Under the pieces are notes generated by a model that did no database searches, was not told the DNA's origin, and was given only the letters and a program-made list of their open reading frames with translations. From contig OX597829.1 in the NCBI GenBank assembly GCA_951406725.2, positions 1,674,001 to 1,738,000 on the forward strand: a stretch of DNA of 64,000 nucleotides, given 5' to 3'. Of this stretch, positions 1 through 12,979 are shown one piece after another. The position numbers and the translations under genes were made by a program. Position 1 is the stretch's first letter, and each line of letters begins with the position of its first letter. The stretch comes from Octopus vulgaris (Eukaryota).

Positions 1-513
1 GATATGAAAGGTTTAGTCCACTTTGAACTTTTAAACCCAAAACAAGCGATAACAAAGGAGATCTACTGCAAGAAGCTTGAGTGGCTTAAGTCAGCACCAG
101 AAGAAAAACAGCCATCTTTGATTTCAAGACGAAAGGTGTTCTTTCATCAGGATATTACTCGGCCACATACTGCGAGGATGATATACCAAACGCTGGAGCA
201 GTTTGAATGGGAATTGAGACTCCACCAACCATATTCACCGGACATTGCCCCATCTGAATATCATTTATTCCGCAGTCTTCAAAATCATCTGGACGGGAAA
301 ATTATGAAGTCTATAGACGACGTCAGAACTGTACTGGAGGTGTATTTTTCGTCACGGACAAGCGCATTTTGGAAGAGGGGGCTTGGAAAATAAATGGAAG
401 GACATTGTAGAAAATGAAGAAGAGTAACTTTTAGATTAAAAATGAATTTGTTTATCTTAATTTTGAAAAATAAAAGAATAAAAAACCGAATTATTTACGG
501 GATAATCCAAATA
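1..513 (+). mobile_element. mariner (Tc1/mariner) transposon 3' remnant: C-terminal transposase fragment plus probable right TIR
   Basis: ORF 4-393 has FFHQDITRPH (cf. HDNARPH) and PYSPDIAPSEYHLF (cf. YSPDLAPSDYHLF). Premature stop at 393. TIR-like end ttatttacgggataatccaaata followed by TA. Confidence 0.85.
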
Positions 514-607
514 TATTCAAACGTTTCATTAAATCGAACATGTTCCTACTTTTTCGTATGTTTTTCTTCTGTCTAACACTTGGAATTACTATATGGAAGT
601 GGAAAAT

Positions 608-836
608 GCGGCGAGCTGGCAGAATCGTTAGCACACCGGGCGAAATGCGTTGCCGTATTTCGTCTGCCGTTACGTTCCGAGTTCAAATTCCGCCGAGGTC
701 AATTTGTCTTTCATCCTTTCGGGGTCGATAAATTGAGTACCAGTTACACACTGGAGTCGATGTAATCGACTTAATCCCTTTGTCTGTCCTTGTTTGTCCC
801 CTCTGTGTTTATCCCCTTGTGGGTAGTAAAGAAATA
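608..836 (+). mobile_element. tRNA-derived SINE family A, full length with TSD
   Basis: A-box tggcagaatcg, B-box gagttcaaattcc, central tttcatcctttcggggtcgataaa, tail gtgggtagtaaagaaata. Flanking direct repeat tatatggaagtgg at 590-602 and 837-849. Confidence 0.9.
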
Positions 837-986
837 TATATGGAAGTGGGACAAAATTAGTAACTGGGTCAAAATAAATAATTTTTATTTTCTCTCATTT
901 TGTACCATTGCATCATCTTTGGGAGTAAAATTTTGTCAGTAAAGGTTACATAGCTAGGAGAAAAAATTGCTCAGTATAGTTTACAT

Positions 987-1142
987 CAGGGGTTCTCAAC
1001 CGGGGACCATACAAAATTTCTGAAGGTCCACATATGAAATGCAGCAAATTGGCGGTCCACAATAATTTTTCAGGGACCATGAAAAATTGTGCTTTAAACC
1101 AGTAGTTTCCAATGGGGACCCTGTATAATGGTGCTCTGAGAC
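987..1142. mobile_element. degraded hAT-type MITE fragment
   Basis: Begins caggggttctcaaccgggg, the same terminus as the element at 17310-17647. Confidence 0.45.
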
Positions 1143-1469
1143 TAAGGAACTTGCTTAAAAACTACCCTGAAATATGTTGCTGGGAATCCTGTCTTTACTA
1201 ATTTCTTTACTACTTTACTTTTCCAAACGAGAATTAAAAAAAAAAATAATATATAAAAAAAACAACATATATCTAAGAAGTTGATTATAAAATTCCCCTG
1301 GGAAATCCCAAGAAAGATGAAAGAAATAATACTGAGAAAAAGCAACAACAACAACAACAACAGTAACAAAATTATAAGAATACATACGCGCTTACACACA
1401 CACATACTTGGCTTTGGTATCAAAGAAAAGGGTAAGCATAGCTGGTCAGTGGTACCCAAAGTAATCACA

Positions 1470-2535
1470 GTATATGTGTGCATATATGAATGTATGTATG
1501 TATGTATGTATGTATGTATGTATGTATGTATGTATGTATGTTTGTATGTGTGTGTATGTGTGTGTATGTATGTATGTATGTATGTATGTATGTATGCATG
1601 TATTATGTATGTGTGTGTGTATGTATGTGTGTATGTATGTATGTATGTATGTATGTATGAATGTATGTATGTATGTCTGTATGTATGTATGTTTGTATGT
1701 ATGTATTATGTATGTGTGTGTGTATGTATGTGTGTATGTATGTATGTATGTATGTATGTATGTATGTATGCATGCATGTATGCATGCATGCATGCATGCA
1801 TGCATGTATGTATGTATGTATGTATGTATGTATGTATGTATGTATGTATGTATGTATGTATGCATGTATGTATGTATGTATGTATGTATGTATGTATGTA
1901 TGTATGTGTATGTATGTATGTATGTATGTATGTATGTATGTATGTATGTATGTATGTATGTATGTATGTATGTATGAATGTGTGTGTGTATGTATGTATG
2001 TATGAATGTATGTATGTGTGTGTGTATGTATGTATGTATGTATGAATGTGTGTGTGTGTATGTATGTATGTATGTATGTATGTGTGTGTATGTATGTATG
2101 TATGTATGTATGTGTGTGTGTATGTATGTATGTATGTATGTATGTATGTATGTATGTATGTATGTATGTATGTATGTATGTATGTATGTATGTATGTATG
2201 TATGTATGTATGTATGTATGTATGTATGTATGTATGAATGTATGTATGTATGTATGTATGTATGTATGTATGTATGTATGTATGTATGTATGAATGTATG
2301 TATGTATGTATGTATGTATGTGTGTGTGTGTATGTATGTATGTATGTATGTATGTGTGTGTGTATGTATGTGTGTATGTATGTATGTATGTATGTATGAA
2401 TGTATGTATGTATGTATGTATGTATGTATGAATGTATGTATGTATGTATGTATGTATGTATGTATGTATGTGTGTATGTATGTATGTATGTATGTATGAA
2501 TGTATGTAAGTATGCAGGTATGTATGTGTGTATAC
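1470..2535. repeat. about 1.06-kb (TGTA)n/(TG)n microsatellite
   Basis: Directly visible. Source of the MYVC/HTYI pseudo-ORFs. Confidence 0.98.
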
Positions 2536-3201
2536 AAAATATGGGAGTTTAGTTCACAGGTGATCTAAACGACTAGGTACGCTAGATAAGTGCTGTAATG
2601 GATTACTAGGGCTCCAAGGTTATAGCCAAGACGGTTGTCATGGAGCCGTTGAGGGTTTCAGATATAGCGGATATAATTGTTTAAGGGGACAACAAACATT
2701 AAGGCAAGGCAAACATCTCAAGTCATAAACATTATAATCATTGGAAAAAAAAATTCAAAGTCTTTTAGGTATTTTGTGGGATTTCAGTTTTTTTCAAAAC
2801 CCTGTAAGAAGACTCGGAAGGTTAAGCCTCCAACTAGGCTTTTCGCGATATCCTTAAAGCCGGGAATTTTTCAACACCTGTTATCGCTACACCTATTCTA
2901 TGGTTTTGTCTAATTTTTCTCCACGTATCTACTTATAACTGTCACTTCGTTTTTCAAACAAACGTGATATCGTTAACCAAAATGGTTCCATTATTTCATA
3001 TAATTCCAACTTTGTTCCTTATAACATTCAAACGTCTTCACTTTGGACCATTATGTAACCAGATTTCAGTAGTATTGATTCCTTTTTCCCGTATTCTACG
3101 TTGTAAGTTGTGAAACAACCCTGACATAAAAATACACGCATAATTACATATATATTTTGTGTTTGTGTATATATAAATATATGTGTTTGTTTGTACGTAT
3201 G

Positions 3202-3233
<32 letters not shown>

Positions 3234-3344
3234 TGTATGTATGTACGTATAATTGAATATGTGTGTGTTTTTATATATTCCTAGAGAAAGGTGCCCATGC
3301 ACGCGCATGCACATATGTATGTATGAATGTACGTACACATGGGA

Positions 3345-3391
<47 letters not shown>

Positions 3392-4437
3392 ACAGAGCAA
3401 AATAGACCGCGAGAAAATAGAGAAGACAAGCAGAGAGAAACAGACAGACAAACGATAAACATACACATTCCGACACACACATACATACACGCACACACAC
3501 ACACACACACACATACATACACGCACACACACACACACACACACACACGCACATACATACACGCGAACGCACACACACACACACACATACATACACACAC
3601 ACACACACACGCACACACACACATATAGCCAATACTATAGTTTGACCCAGGCCAACTTCAAGAATGTTCCACTCTCACCTCTACTCTTCTCTGCTATGAC
3701 TTGTCGACCAATCAATCATATTTTTAACAATTTACAGATTCTTTGATCCGACTCACAAGAGTCATAGTATCTTTTCTTTTCAAAAGAATACCATTCTTTT
3801 GTTTCGCAAACTATTCAACGAATCTTGCTTCCCTATCCATCATTTTTCACCCTCCCTCCCCCCGTTACCATTATTGTCTGCGGGAATACACATGACAAAA
3901 TTCTCCAGGAACATAAGTTCTCCTTTCCTCTGCTTTGCTTTCATCTACGACATCAGACCAATTTTTCGCATTTTACATAAAGATAAACATTTTTCCCTTT
4001 CCACTCTTCTCTCATTCAATGCGACATTTTTATTTTTCGTTTGACAATTTCAAATGTTTGCTTCCGTATATACATATTTTTCACACAGATATTTCCTACC
4101 AGAATATATATATTCGTTTCTTTTGAAGACTTGTGGCCATAAATTTATACCAAACGTGAAACAGCACACTTCAAATGGCAAAGAAGATTCTAGCTAACTA
4201 ACGGTGCATCCGAGATTTCGTTATGCGTTCTATTACGTATAGCGGCCAGATCTCTCGCAATACGTACAATGGCTTTCAAAAGGATATAGATGCTAAATCT
4301 TTCCCTCAAAACATACGATGTCTTTAAAAATAAACATGAGACCCCGGATTAGGTAGTTTTAAAGAGTGGGACAGATAGACAGAAAGAGGGAGGGAGAGAT
4401 AAGAGAGAGAGAGTAGTAATGTAGTTAAGCCTAAGTT

Positions 4438-4760
4438 AGACGCATGGCTCAGTTATTTGAGCGTCGGGCTCATTATACTGTGATCGCGAGTTCGATTCCC
4501 AGGCCGGACAGTACGTTGTGTTCTTGAACAAAACACATCATTTTACGTTGCTCCAGTTTACCCACCTGCGACATCACTGATGCCAGACCGTATCGGCCTT
4601 TGCCTTTCCCTTTGATAACATTGGTGGCATGAAAAGAGGAAGATGGTATGCATGGGCGATTGCTGGTCTTCCATGAGCAACCCTGCCCCAACTTCTGCCT
4701 CAGAGAACTTTCTAGGTGTAATTCCATGATCATCTCATGACTGAATGGGGGTCTTTACCC
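4438..4760 (+). mobile_element. old tRNA-derived SINE (family C-like head, different tail)
   Basis: tggctcagt A-box, gagttcgattcc B-box, then gtgttcttgaacaaaacac core-like segment. Confidence 0.6.
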
Positions 4761-4793
4761 ATTTAATATATAATATAATATATATGTATATAT

Positions 4794-4848
4794 CGTTCCA
4801 GCACACGATCTCAGATCAGGTCACTTAATATGCAAGTACATCTCCGTA

Positions 4849-4849
<1 letters not shown>
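4794..4849 (+). mobile_element. isolated tail of a Penelope-like element family
   Basis: cgttccagcacacgatctcagatcaggtcac...gcaagtacatctccgtaa matches 63418-63473. Flanked by (TA)n. Confidence 0.6.
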
Positions 4850-4924
<75 letters not shown>

Positions 4925-4927
<3 letters not shown>

Positions 4928-5115
4928 TGGTGATTTTCTTTCTGCGTCTTCCTTTCCTTGGACTTTTCCTTTTTCTATGTTTCTGACGAAGAACTCTGCT
5001 CGAAACATTAAATCCTCTTTCTTTCTTTCCTTTCCTGAGTGTCCAAGAACACTATACTTGTTCTACGTCCTCGCGTTGTTGTGTTTTCTCTTTGTTCATG
5101 TTTGGATAAACTATA
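4925..5115 (+). mobile_element. Penelope-like non-coding terminal repeat with minimal hammerhead motif (about 4978-5013)
   Basis: gtttCTGACGAagaactctgctcGAAAcattaaat. Homologous copies at 31180-31380 and 36715-36915 (minus). Bounded by (TA)n. Confidence 0.7.
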
Positions 5116-5124
5116 TATATATAT

Positions 5125-5407
5125 AAATTACCCTCAGGCTGCACCTCTTCTACCTATGGATTACTGTGTACTCTGCTTTTGATAAAAAATTCTTGTAATA
5201 CACCACGACATTACGTAAAACTATTATTATTATTACAATTCCACTACACACCTTATTTCTCTCCTTGTTTCCTTCTGTGTTCCTGTCTGTGGAAGAGCGT
5301 AGGCTCGAAACGTAAAAGACTTTTTCAATTCCTGAGCGTTATACTAATACATCTGTTTGTTTTCTACACCAGCTGTCTTCGTCTTTTGTTTTTTTTTTCG
5401 TGAATTC

Positions 5408-5412
<5 letters not shown>
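5125..5412 (+). mobile_element. Penelope-like terminal repeat with hammerhead-like motif (5283-5320)
   Basis: ctgtggaagagcgtaggctcGAAACGTAaaag. Homologous copy at 53868-54000 (minus). Confidence 0.6.
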
Positions 5413-5480
<68 letters not shown>

Positions 5481-5522
5481 TTATATATATATATGGTTTT
5501 GTCTCTAATTTAATATAATATT

Positions 5523-5587
<65 letters not shown>

Positions 5588-5772
5588 GCATGCAGGAAGT
5601 AAATAGACACCTTTAATTTTCAAAATTCTGTTCCAATATACTTTCTACTTTCATACATATATATATATATATAAATATATTTTTCATTTTTATGTTTATA
5701 GTCTTATATTTTTATATTTGTATACTTCTATATTCTATATTAGTATCTAACACTTAATATAAATATGTGGAT
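5588..5772. repeat. dispersed TA-associated repeat (second copy at 14548-14712)
   Basis: gcaggaagtaaatagacacctttaattttcaaaattctgttc...aaatatgtggat occurs twice, each time after a (TA)n tract. Confidence 0.7.
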
Positions 5773-5919
5773 ATTTGCATGGAATAATACCTCTTGTCAG
5801 ACATCTGGATTGTGAATTTGCTTGTCTGGATGTTTAAGACTATTGTTTGAAATTTTTATCGTATACTAAATTTTATTAACTGTTATACTATAAATTGAAG
5901 CTTTGTCTCCATTAAAATT

Positions 5920-5983
<64 letters not shown>

Positions 5984-5990
5984 CATACAT

Positions 5991-6059
<69 letters not shown>

Positions 6060-6479
6060 CATACATACATACATGTATACATATACATACATATATACAT
6101 ATATATAACTATACATATATATACATATACATATCTATATGCATATGTATAACTATAATCTGTCCACAGCACTTATTCAGCATTACCTGACACCTTTGGG
6201 TCTTCTTGGCACCATTACCTCTCATAACCTCAATATACATACATATATACATATATGATAAAAAGGTAATTAATTAATTCATTAATTCATTAATTAATAA
6301 TTAATAATTTTACCAAGTATTCAGTAAGTTAAGCATAACCTTTTTATGAAAACTTATACAAAAATTCTATAATTATATACATAATTATAATCAGTGCGTG
6401 GTGAAGCAATTAGCTGACCCCTGATTATAATTATATACATATATATATATATATATGTGTACATATATATATATATAAA

Positions 6480-8662
6480 CATTGGTCCTTCACGCACACA
6501 TACACACCCACTAACATCAAAAAGTCCTGGCAGTCATTTGTAGACACCATTACGAACATATGTGCAAAACACACCCCATTAAGATCTGCAAACAAATCTA
6601 AGTGTCGAATCCCTAGAAATAGAAAATCTCTCATCAGGAAAATTAAAAGAATTAACAAAAAAATCAACAAGCTGAAATACTGTCAACAGCAACACTGACT
6701 GTCATCTCGTTGCTAGAGATTAAAAAACATAAACTCCAAAACAACATGATGTCTATCATCAATAGTCAGCGAAGAGCTGAAGAGGCCTGGGCCATTGAGA
6801 AGATCAAACTCAATCCCAAGGTGTTCTTTTCATTTGCAAAAAAACACAGAGTCACTGGTTCTATTGTTGGCCCTCTGATTGATGAAAATGGTACTCTTCA
6901 AGACAATGCCAAAACCATGGGAGAGATATTGCAGAAACAATATTGCTCTGTTTTGAGCAATCCTGGTATCAGTGATGTTACTCCCCAATACACTTTATCG
7001 GACATAACCTTTGGCGCTCCTGATGTCTTAGCAGCAATAAAGGAAATGAACCATAATTCAGCAGTAGGTCCCGATAGGTTCCCTAACTTGCACCCCCTCT
7101 AGCCAATCTGTGGCGGAACTCACTGGATGCTGGATATATACCAGAAGACCTTCTATCCCAGTCTGTTGTCCCAGTTTTCAAAATAGGAAACAAATCGCTT
7201 GCCGTGAATTACCGTCCAATCTCACTCACCTCTCATATCATTAAGGTATTTGGGAGAGTGCTGAGATCGCGTATGACTCACTTCCTTGAGAGTCATAATA
7301 TGCTGAACTCCAACCAGCATGGATTCCGTAATGGAAGAGATTGCCTGACGCAGCTACTGCATCATTTTGATGACATTTTGAGAGCCTTGGGAGAGGGTTC
7401 CAACACTGATGTCATCTACCTTGATTTCAGCAAGGCCTTTGACAGGGTTGATCATAAGATCCTTTTGAGAAAGCTGTCCAATATTGGTGTCACTGGAAAG
7501 CTCCTGCAGTGGATCAAGTGCTTCCTGTCTAACAGAACCCAACATGTTGTAGTCGAAGGAGTCAAATCCAGCCCAGCAAAAGTCAGCAGTGGTGTCCCAC
7601 AAGGCACTGTGTTGGTCCCACTTCTCTTCATCATCTACATAAATGATATTACTGACACCATCAAACACAGTAACATCAGAACCTTCGCTGATGATTCCAA
7701 GCTCCAGAAGGTCATCAATGGCGTGGATGACCGAATAAGCCTTCAGTCAGACCTACTGGCTGTTGTCCAATGGGCGGAAAAGAACTACATGTTGCTAAAC
7801 GAAGACAAATTCGAAGTGATCCACTTTGGAAGGGAGGACGCTATGAAACTCCCATACTCCCTTCCTTCTGGAGAAATTCTCATGGCGTCCAACAACATCA
7901 GAGACTTGGGAGTAACTGTGGACAACAACATAAGCTGGGCTACACATATAAGCAGAAAAGTTGACATGGCCCGCAGAATGTGTTCCTGGACTCTCAGAAC
8001 CTTCCAGTCGAGAGATTCCCACACTATTATCCTCCTCTTCTCCACTTTTGCCCCACCCCACCTTGAATACTGCTGTCCACTGTGGTCTCCCTACACAAAA
8101 CAAAATATAATGAGAATTGAAGCTCCCCAAAGGTCAATCACAAAAAAGATAGATGGCATGTCAGACCTTGACTACTGGGGTAGACTAGAGAAACTGAAAC
8201 TGTACTTACTCCAACGACGCCATGAACGCTACATTATCTGTATGATGTGGAAAATATTCCATTAGCACTGTCCAAATGATGTTGGCATCATCTTCAGAAT
8301 ACATCCGAGACTTAGACCCCGTGCCATCCGTCCACAACAAAAATCTAAATCGCATCACATAACGACAATAAGGCACAACTATTTCACCTCAATTGGACCC
8401 GCTCTCTTCAACGTTACACCAGGACACGTCAAAACAGAAACTGACCACACAAAATTCAAGAAGTATTTGGACAAATTCCTTCAAACAGTTTCGGACAAAC
8501 CACCCACACCCGGATATGTCTCCGCAAACAATAACTCTCTGCTCGAATGGGCCTCGGTGTCCAAATCCTGAATTGAAAGACTTCGCCAGGTGGTGCTATT
8601 AAGTTAGACATGGCCTGGGCCAATACTGTCCAAAACCTTTCTAAGTTATTCTAAGTTATTCT
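6480..8662 (+). mobile_element. 5'-truncated CR1-type non-LTR retrotransposon (LINE)
   Basis: RT motifs in 7204-8265. Linker ORF 6710-7102 ending SAVGPDR (cf. GPDG). Frameshift near 7090, stop at 8265. Short tandem tail ctaagttatt x2 before (TA)n. Confidence 0.9.
7204..8265 (+). pseudogene. LINE reverse transcriptase domain (disrupted ORF2)
   Basis: NYRPISLTS, QHGFR, YLDFSKAFDRVDH, GVPQGTVL, FADDSKL, RDLGV, HLEYCCPLWSP. Confidence 0.92.
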
Positions 8663-8663
8663 T

Positions 8664-8702
<39 letters not shown>

Positions 8703-8767
8703 TACATTCATATATATATATATATATATACATATATATACATAAATATATATATATACATATATAT

Positions 8768-8804
<37 letters not shown>

Positions 8805-8827
8805 ACATATATATATATATATATATA

Positions 8828-9077
<250 letters not shown>

Positions 9078-9282
9078 GGGACACAATAGATACAGAATAA
9101 AAGGAAAATATATATATCATGGCATTATCCACTACCTTAATACGACTTATTACCGCTTATGTGTCCATAACTTTCTTGATTTCGCCTTTTTTCCCTCTTG
9201 TCCTGAGTATTTAACTGAATCGGCCTTCCCACTCGGCAAATGCAAAGTCTATCTGTGAACCAGGCCACATGTGCTGCCTACT

Positions 9283-9507
9283 GTATTTGTACCAGTTACG
9301 TACTGGGGTCGATGTAATCGACTTAATACCTATGTCTGTCTTTGTTTGTCCCCTCTATGTTTGGCCCCTTGTGGGTAATAAAGAAATAGGTACCAAATAC
9401 CTATTTCTTTATTACCCACAAGGGGCCAAACATAGAGGGGACAAACAAAGACAGACATAGGTATTAAGTCGATTACATCGACCCCAGTACGTAACTGGTA
9501 CAAATAC
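9283..9507. repeat. perfect inverted repeat of SINE A 3' halves (about 110-bp arms, 5-nt spacer)
   Basis: 9283-9392 is the reverse complement of 9398-9507, with spacer ccaaa. Confidence 0.92.
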
Positions 9508-9676
9508 CACGTCAACAAAAGAGACAGTGAAACCAATGGGGCTCCAAGATGCAAACTAAAATTTATATTAAGTCACTTCCTGTAGAAGACATTACATATG
9601 TGATAAGCGGCTGCCCCCAAATCTCCTGCAATGCGACGTTCTCGCACAAACAATGTACAATGCCATCCGGAAGAAA

Positions 9677-9906
9677 GGCGGCGAGCTGGCAGAATCGTTA
9701 GCACGCCGGGCGAAATACTTAGCAGTTTTTCAACTGTTTTTACGTTCTGAGTTCAAGTTCCGCCGAGGTCAACTTTGTCTTTCATCCTTTCAGGGTCGAT
9801 TAAATATGTACCAGTTACGCACTGGGTCGATGTAATCGACATAATCCCCTTGTCTGTCCTTGTTTGTCCTCTCTATGTTTAGCCCCTTGTGGTCAATAAA
9901 GAAATA
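9677..9906 (+). mobile_element. SINE family A
   Basis: Colinear with 608-836. Confidence 0.9.
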
Positions 9907-9944
9907 AGAAAGACACTCCTGGAGTAAATACAGTGAATCCCGCT

Positions 9945-10470
9945 GTTATTGAATGCATACACAAATATCAATACAAGGAACATTGGTGGAATCTGTCCAT
10001 CAAAACATCTGCCAAGTGTAAACATGACAATCTGGATATTGTTGCTTGAGGCAGACAAGTAAAATATGGACCGTCAAAGAGGTCAGACAAGTAAAGTATA
10101 GACCGTCAAAGAGGACAAGTAAAGTATGGACCGTCAAAGAGGACAAGTAAAGTATGGACCGTCAAAGAGGACAAGTAAAGTATGGACCGTCAAAGAGGAC
10201 AAGTAAAGTATGGACCGTCAAAGAGAATATCTTTTTAAAAATCAAAGAGAAAGAGAATAACTATGGACAACTGCTTCGAAACATCCAGCTTCTATATCCA
10301 GATTATAAATTCATATATATACCAACAATAATTAGTGCACTTTGTTTTGTGTATAAATGCCCCCAACTGATCCAAGATGGATAAGCTAGCGTTTTTCAGA
10401 GAAAAGAAATCAACCAACTAATTTGCTATTACAAATGCAATCTGTTAGTGGAACAGTAAAATGTAACACC
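9945..10470 (+). mobile_element. degenerate R4/Dong-like non-LTR remnant (restriction-like endonuclease region)
   Basis: Translates EHWWNLSIKTSAKCKHDNLDIVA ... KEKENNYGQLLRNIQLLYPDYKFIYIPTIISAL, resembling the PD...K.KY..L...IPIIIGALG pattern. Confidence 0.6.
10054..10225 (+). repeat. 28-bp minisatellite, about 6 copies
   Basis: gacaagtaaagtatggaccgtcaaagag starts at 10054, 10086, 10114, 10142, 10170 and 10198. Confidence 0.92.
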
Positions 10471-11325
10471 TTGGATATGCTGTTGAGCCAAGAATATGAC
10501 CACGCGGTCATATTCTTGCACGTGACCACTTGCTCGTGACCACGTGGTCTACATTTCTAACTCTTCTTCACGATATTACTACCTCCAAGTAACTTTTTTA
10601 AGCACGTAATAAATATTAGGTTTCCCCCTATCTCACGTTATGGACGCTTCTCTCTTCCTCTTTTTCTCTCTCCTTCTTTTACTCGCTCCCGCTTTCTCTC
10701 TCACTCTTTGCCTTACCCTCTTTTTCTCTCTCCTTCTTCTTCCTTCCTCTCTGTCTCTCGCTTTGAGTCTTTCCTTTCAACTAATCACACGAAAGCGTAA
10801 ACAACTAACGGAGGAACGAGCAGAATTATCATTAGATTCTGTGTCTAGTTACATCCCTTTGAATTTACCTACATTTGTGACTGTATGTGTGTGTGTGTAA
10901 GTTAGTGTGTGGGGGAGAGAGAGAGTGTGTGTGTTACCCACCCTCTTCGCAATATTCCCTATTACCTTACTTTTTTCGCCCTTTTCCTGTCATAATTAAA
11001 ATTACACGTTTTTGTCCTTAATTGTTGTCTGTTACACGAAACATCAATTTTAAATCAATTAAGAATATTCTGAAGACTTCGTTATCGATAAGAATCAAAC
11101 ATTTTACAATTTACTTTGTTCCGTTTTCTCTAAAAACAATTTTATTCTTAAATTTCATAATTGACTTAAGTAATTTATTTAATGGCTGCATGCGTGGCTC
11201 CATGAATAATATGTTCAATTTGCAGTCATGTAGTTCTGAGTTTGATTCCATCCCGCAGTATCTTTGTTGCCTGTGATTTGCGTTATTTGTTGCAGTAGTG
11301 TCGAGTGGTAAAAATGTTACAATAT

Positions 11326-11737
11326 GGCGGCGAGCTGGCGGAAACGTTATAACGCCGAGCGAAATGCGTAGCCGTATTTCGTCTGCCGTTACGTTCTGAG
11401 TTCAAATTCCGCCGAGGGCGACTTTGCCTTTCATCCTTTCAAGGTCAATAAATTAAGTACCAGTTACGCACTGGGGTCGACATAATCGACTTAATCCGTT
11501 TGTCTGCCCTTGTTTGTCTCTTCTGTGTTTAGACCTTGCTCATAAAGAAATAGGTATTTCGTCTGCCGCTACGTTCTGAGTTCAAATTCCACCGAGGTCG
11601 ACTTTGCCTTTCATCCTTTCGGTGTCGATTAAATAAATACCAGTTACACACTGGGGTCGATATAATCGACTTAATCCGTTTGTTTGTCCTTGTTTCTATC
11701 CCCTGTGTTTAGCCCCTTGTGTGTAGTAAAGAAATAG
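11326..11737 (+). mobile_element. SINE family A, head plus tandemly duplicated body
   Basis: Second unit restarts at gtatttcgtctgccg immediately after aagaaatag. Confidence 0.88.
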
Positions 11738-12378
11738 GTAATAATGTTTCAATGAAGGCGGCGCTTGATCTCGTGGTCTCAATGTATGGCTAGCAATCAT
11801 AATATCGTAGGTTCGATTTCTCGATTGGGTGACGCAACGTGTCCTTGAGCAAAGCAGTTTGCTTTTATGTAGCTCTGTCTACTCAATAGAAAATGTGCCG
11901 AAGCTGCGTGTTGGTACAGCTCTATTTCTTCAAGATGTCACATCTTGGATATGTTGTTGTGCCAAGAATATGACTACGCTTGCTCATGACCACGTCTGCA
12001 TGGCTACCTAAATCGAATAGCGAAAACATGGTGCATGTTACCAATCTATACTTGTTCGATGAGAACGACTGGCTTTTAGTGCCAATAGTGTTGTGTGAGT
12101 TGTTATGTGTTCTTGTATGGGTGAATGTCAGTTGTGTGGAGTGTGTGCTGCACGAGTTATATGCATTGTGTTATATTTTTCGGATAACAATTATGTAGAA
12201 TATGACGTATGTGAGCTGTTGACGGAGTTACATTACGGAGTCCATCATGTAAGAGTACTAACGCATATTCAAATAAGTGTTGCAGAGCGTTTATTAACCG
12301 GAGCTTCCCGGAACCCAAGGGTTCCACAAAAGGTTCTTAGGGGTTCCGCGAGAATGAGTGATATGAGTATAATTTCAT

Positions 12379-12455
<77 letters not shown>

Positions 12456-12461
12456 GGGTAA

Positions 12462-12978
12462 TCATCATTCATTCATAGTTCGACCGTGGTCGAGACAATG
12501 GAATTTACTATGTTACGCCAGACTTCACGGTCCATCATAGCATTACGGAGGTCCTGTTGCTGGATGCCTGTATCCCTGGAGATTACATCAGGGTAGGAGA
12601 GTGTGCGCCCTCTGGTATTGCGAGTAGATGGCTTCCAGAGGAGAAGAGTAGAAATTACCTCTTTTTCAGCTCTACAACAATGTCCAGCAAACTGGACTCT
12701 CCTACCTTTCACAAGAGATGACACAGGTGGTAGCTTCCCATATATTTGCATTTTGGTTGGATGACGTTTCCACGAGAGATTTTGAGCTCTCATAAGGAGG
12801 CAAGTGTAGGTTCCATCCAACCGCCTCTCAAGCTTCTTTGATAACGTCCAGGTTTCTGAGCCATATAGTAGAATTGGTTCGACTGTGGCTTTGAATATTT
12901 CAAGTTTGAAGTCTCTACTTAGATTTGATGACCAGATCTTATGCATGTCATTACAGGCTGACCAGGCCATACCCTTTC
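12462..12978 (-). mobile_element. RTE-clade LINE 3' fragment
   Basis: ORF 12473-12970 KLEIFKATVEPILLYGSETWTL...FAGH...DREVWR. Near-identical to 21857-22305. Confidence 0.85.
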
Positions 12979-12979
12979 A

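Noticed and set aside
4-393. Apparent D34E triad in a mariner-type transposase
   Set aside because: A single-base change in a decayed copy with a premature stop. Not evidence of a new family.
1281-2537. Long ORFs of 250-360 aa (MYVC/HTYI repeats), and similar ones at 34302-35204 and 39173-39728
   Set aside because: Stop-free translations of tetranucleotide microsatellites. No coding signal.
3650-4200. Possible LTR integrase remnant on the minus strand
   Set aside because: Only faint motif resemblance across stops and frameshifts.
10054-10225. CRISPR-like 28-bp repeats
   Set aside because: Head-to-tail with no unique spacers, no cas genes, and a eukaryotic context.
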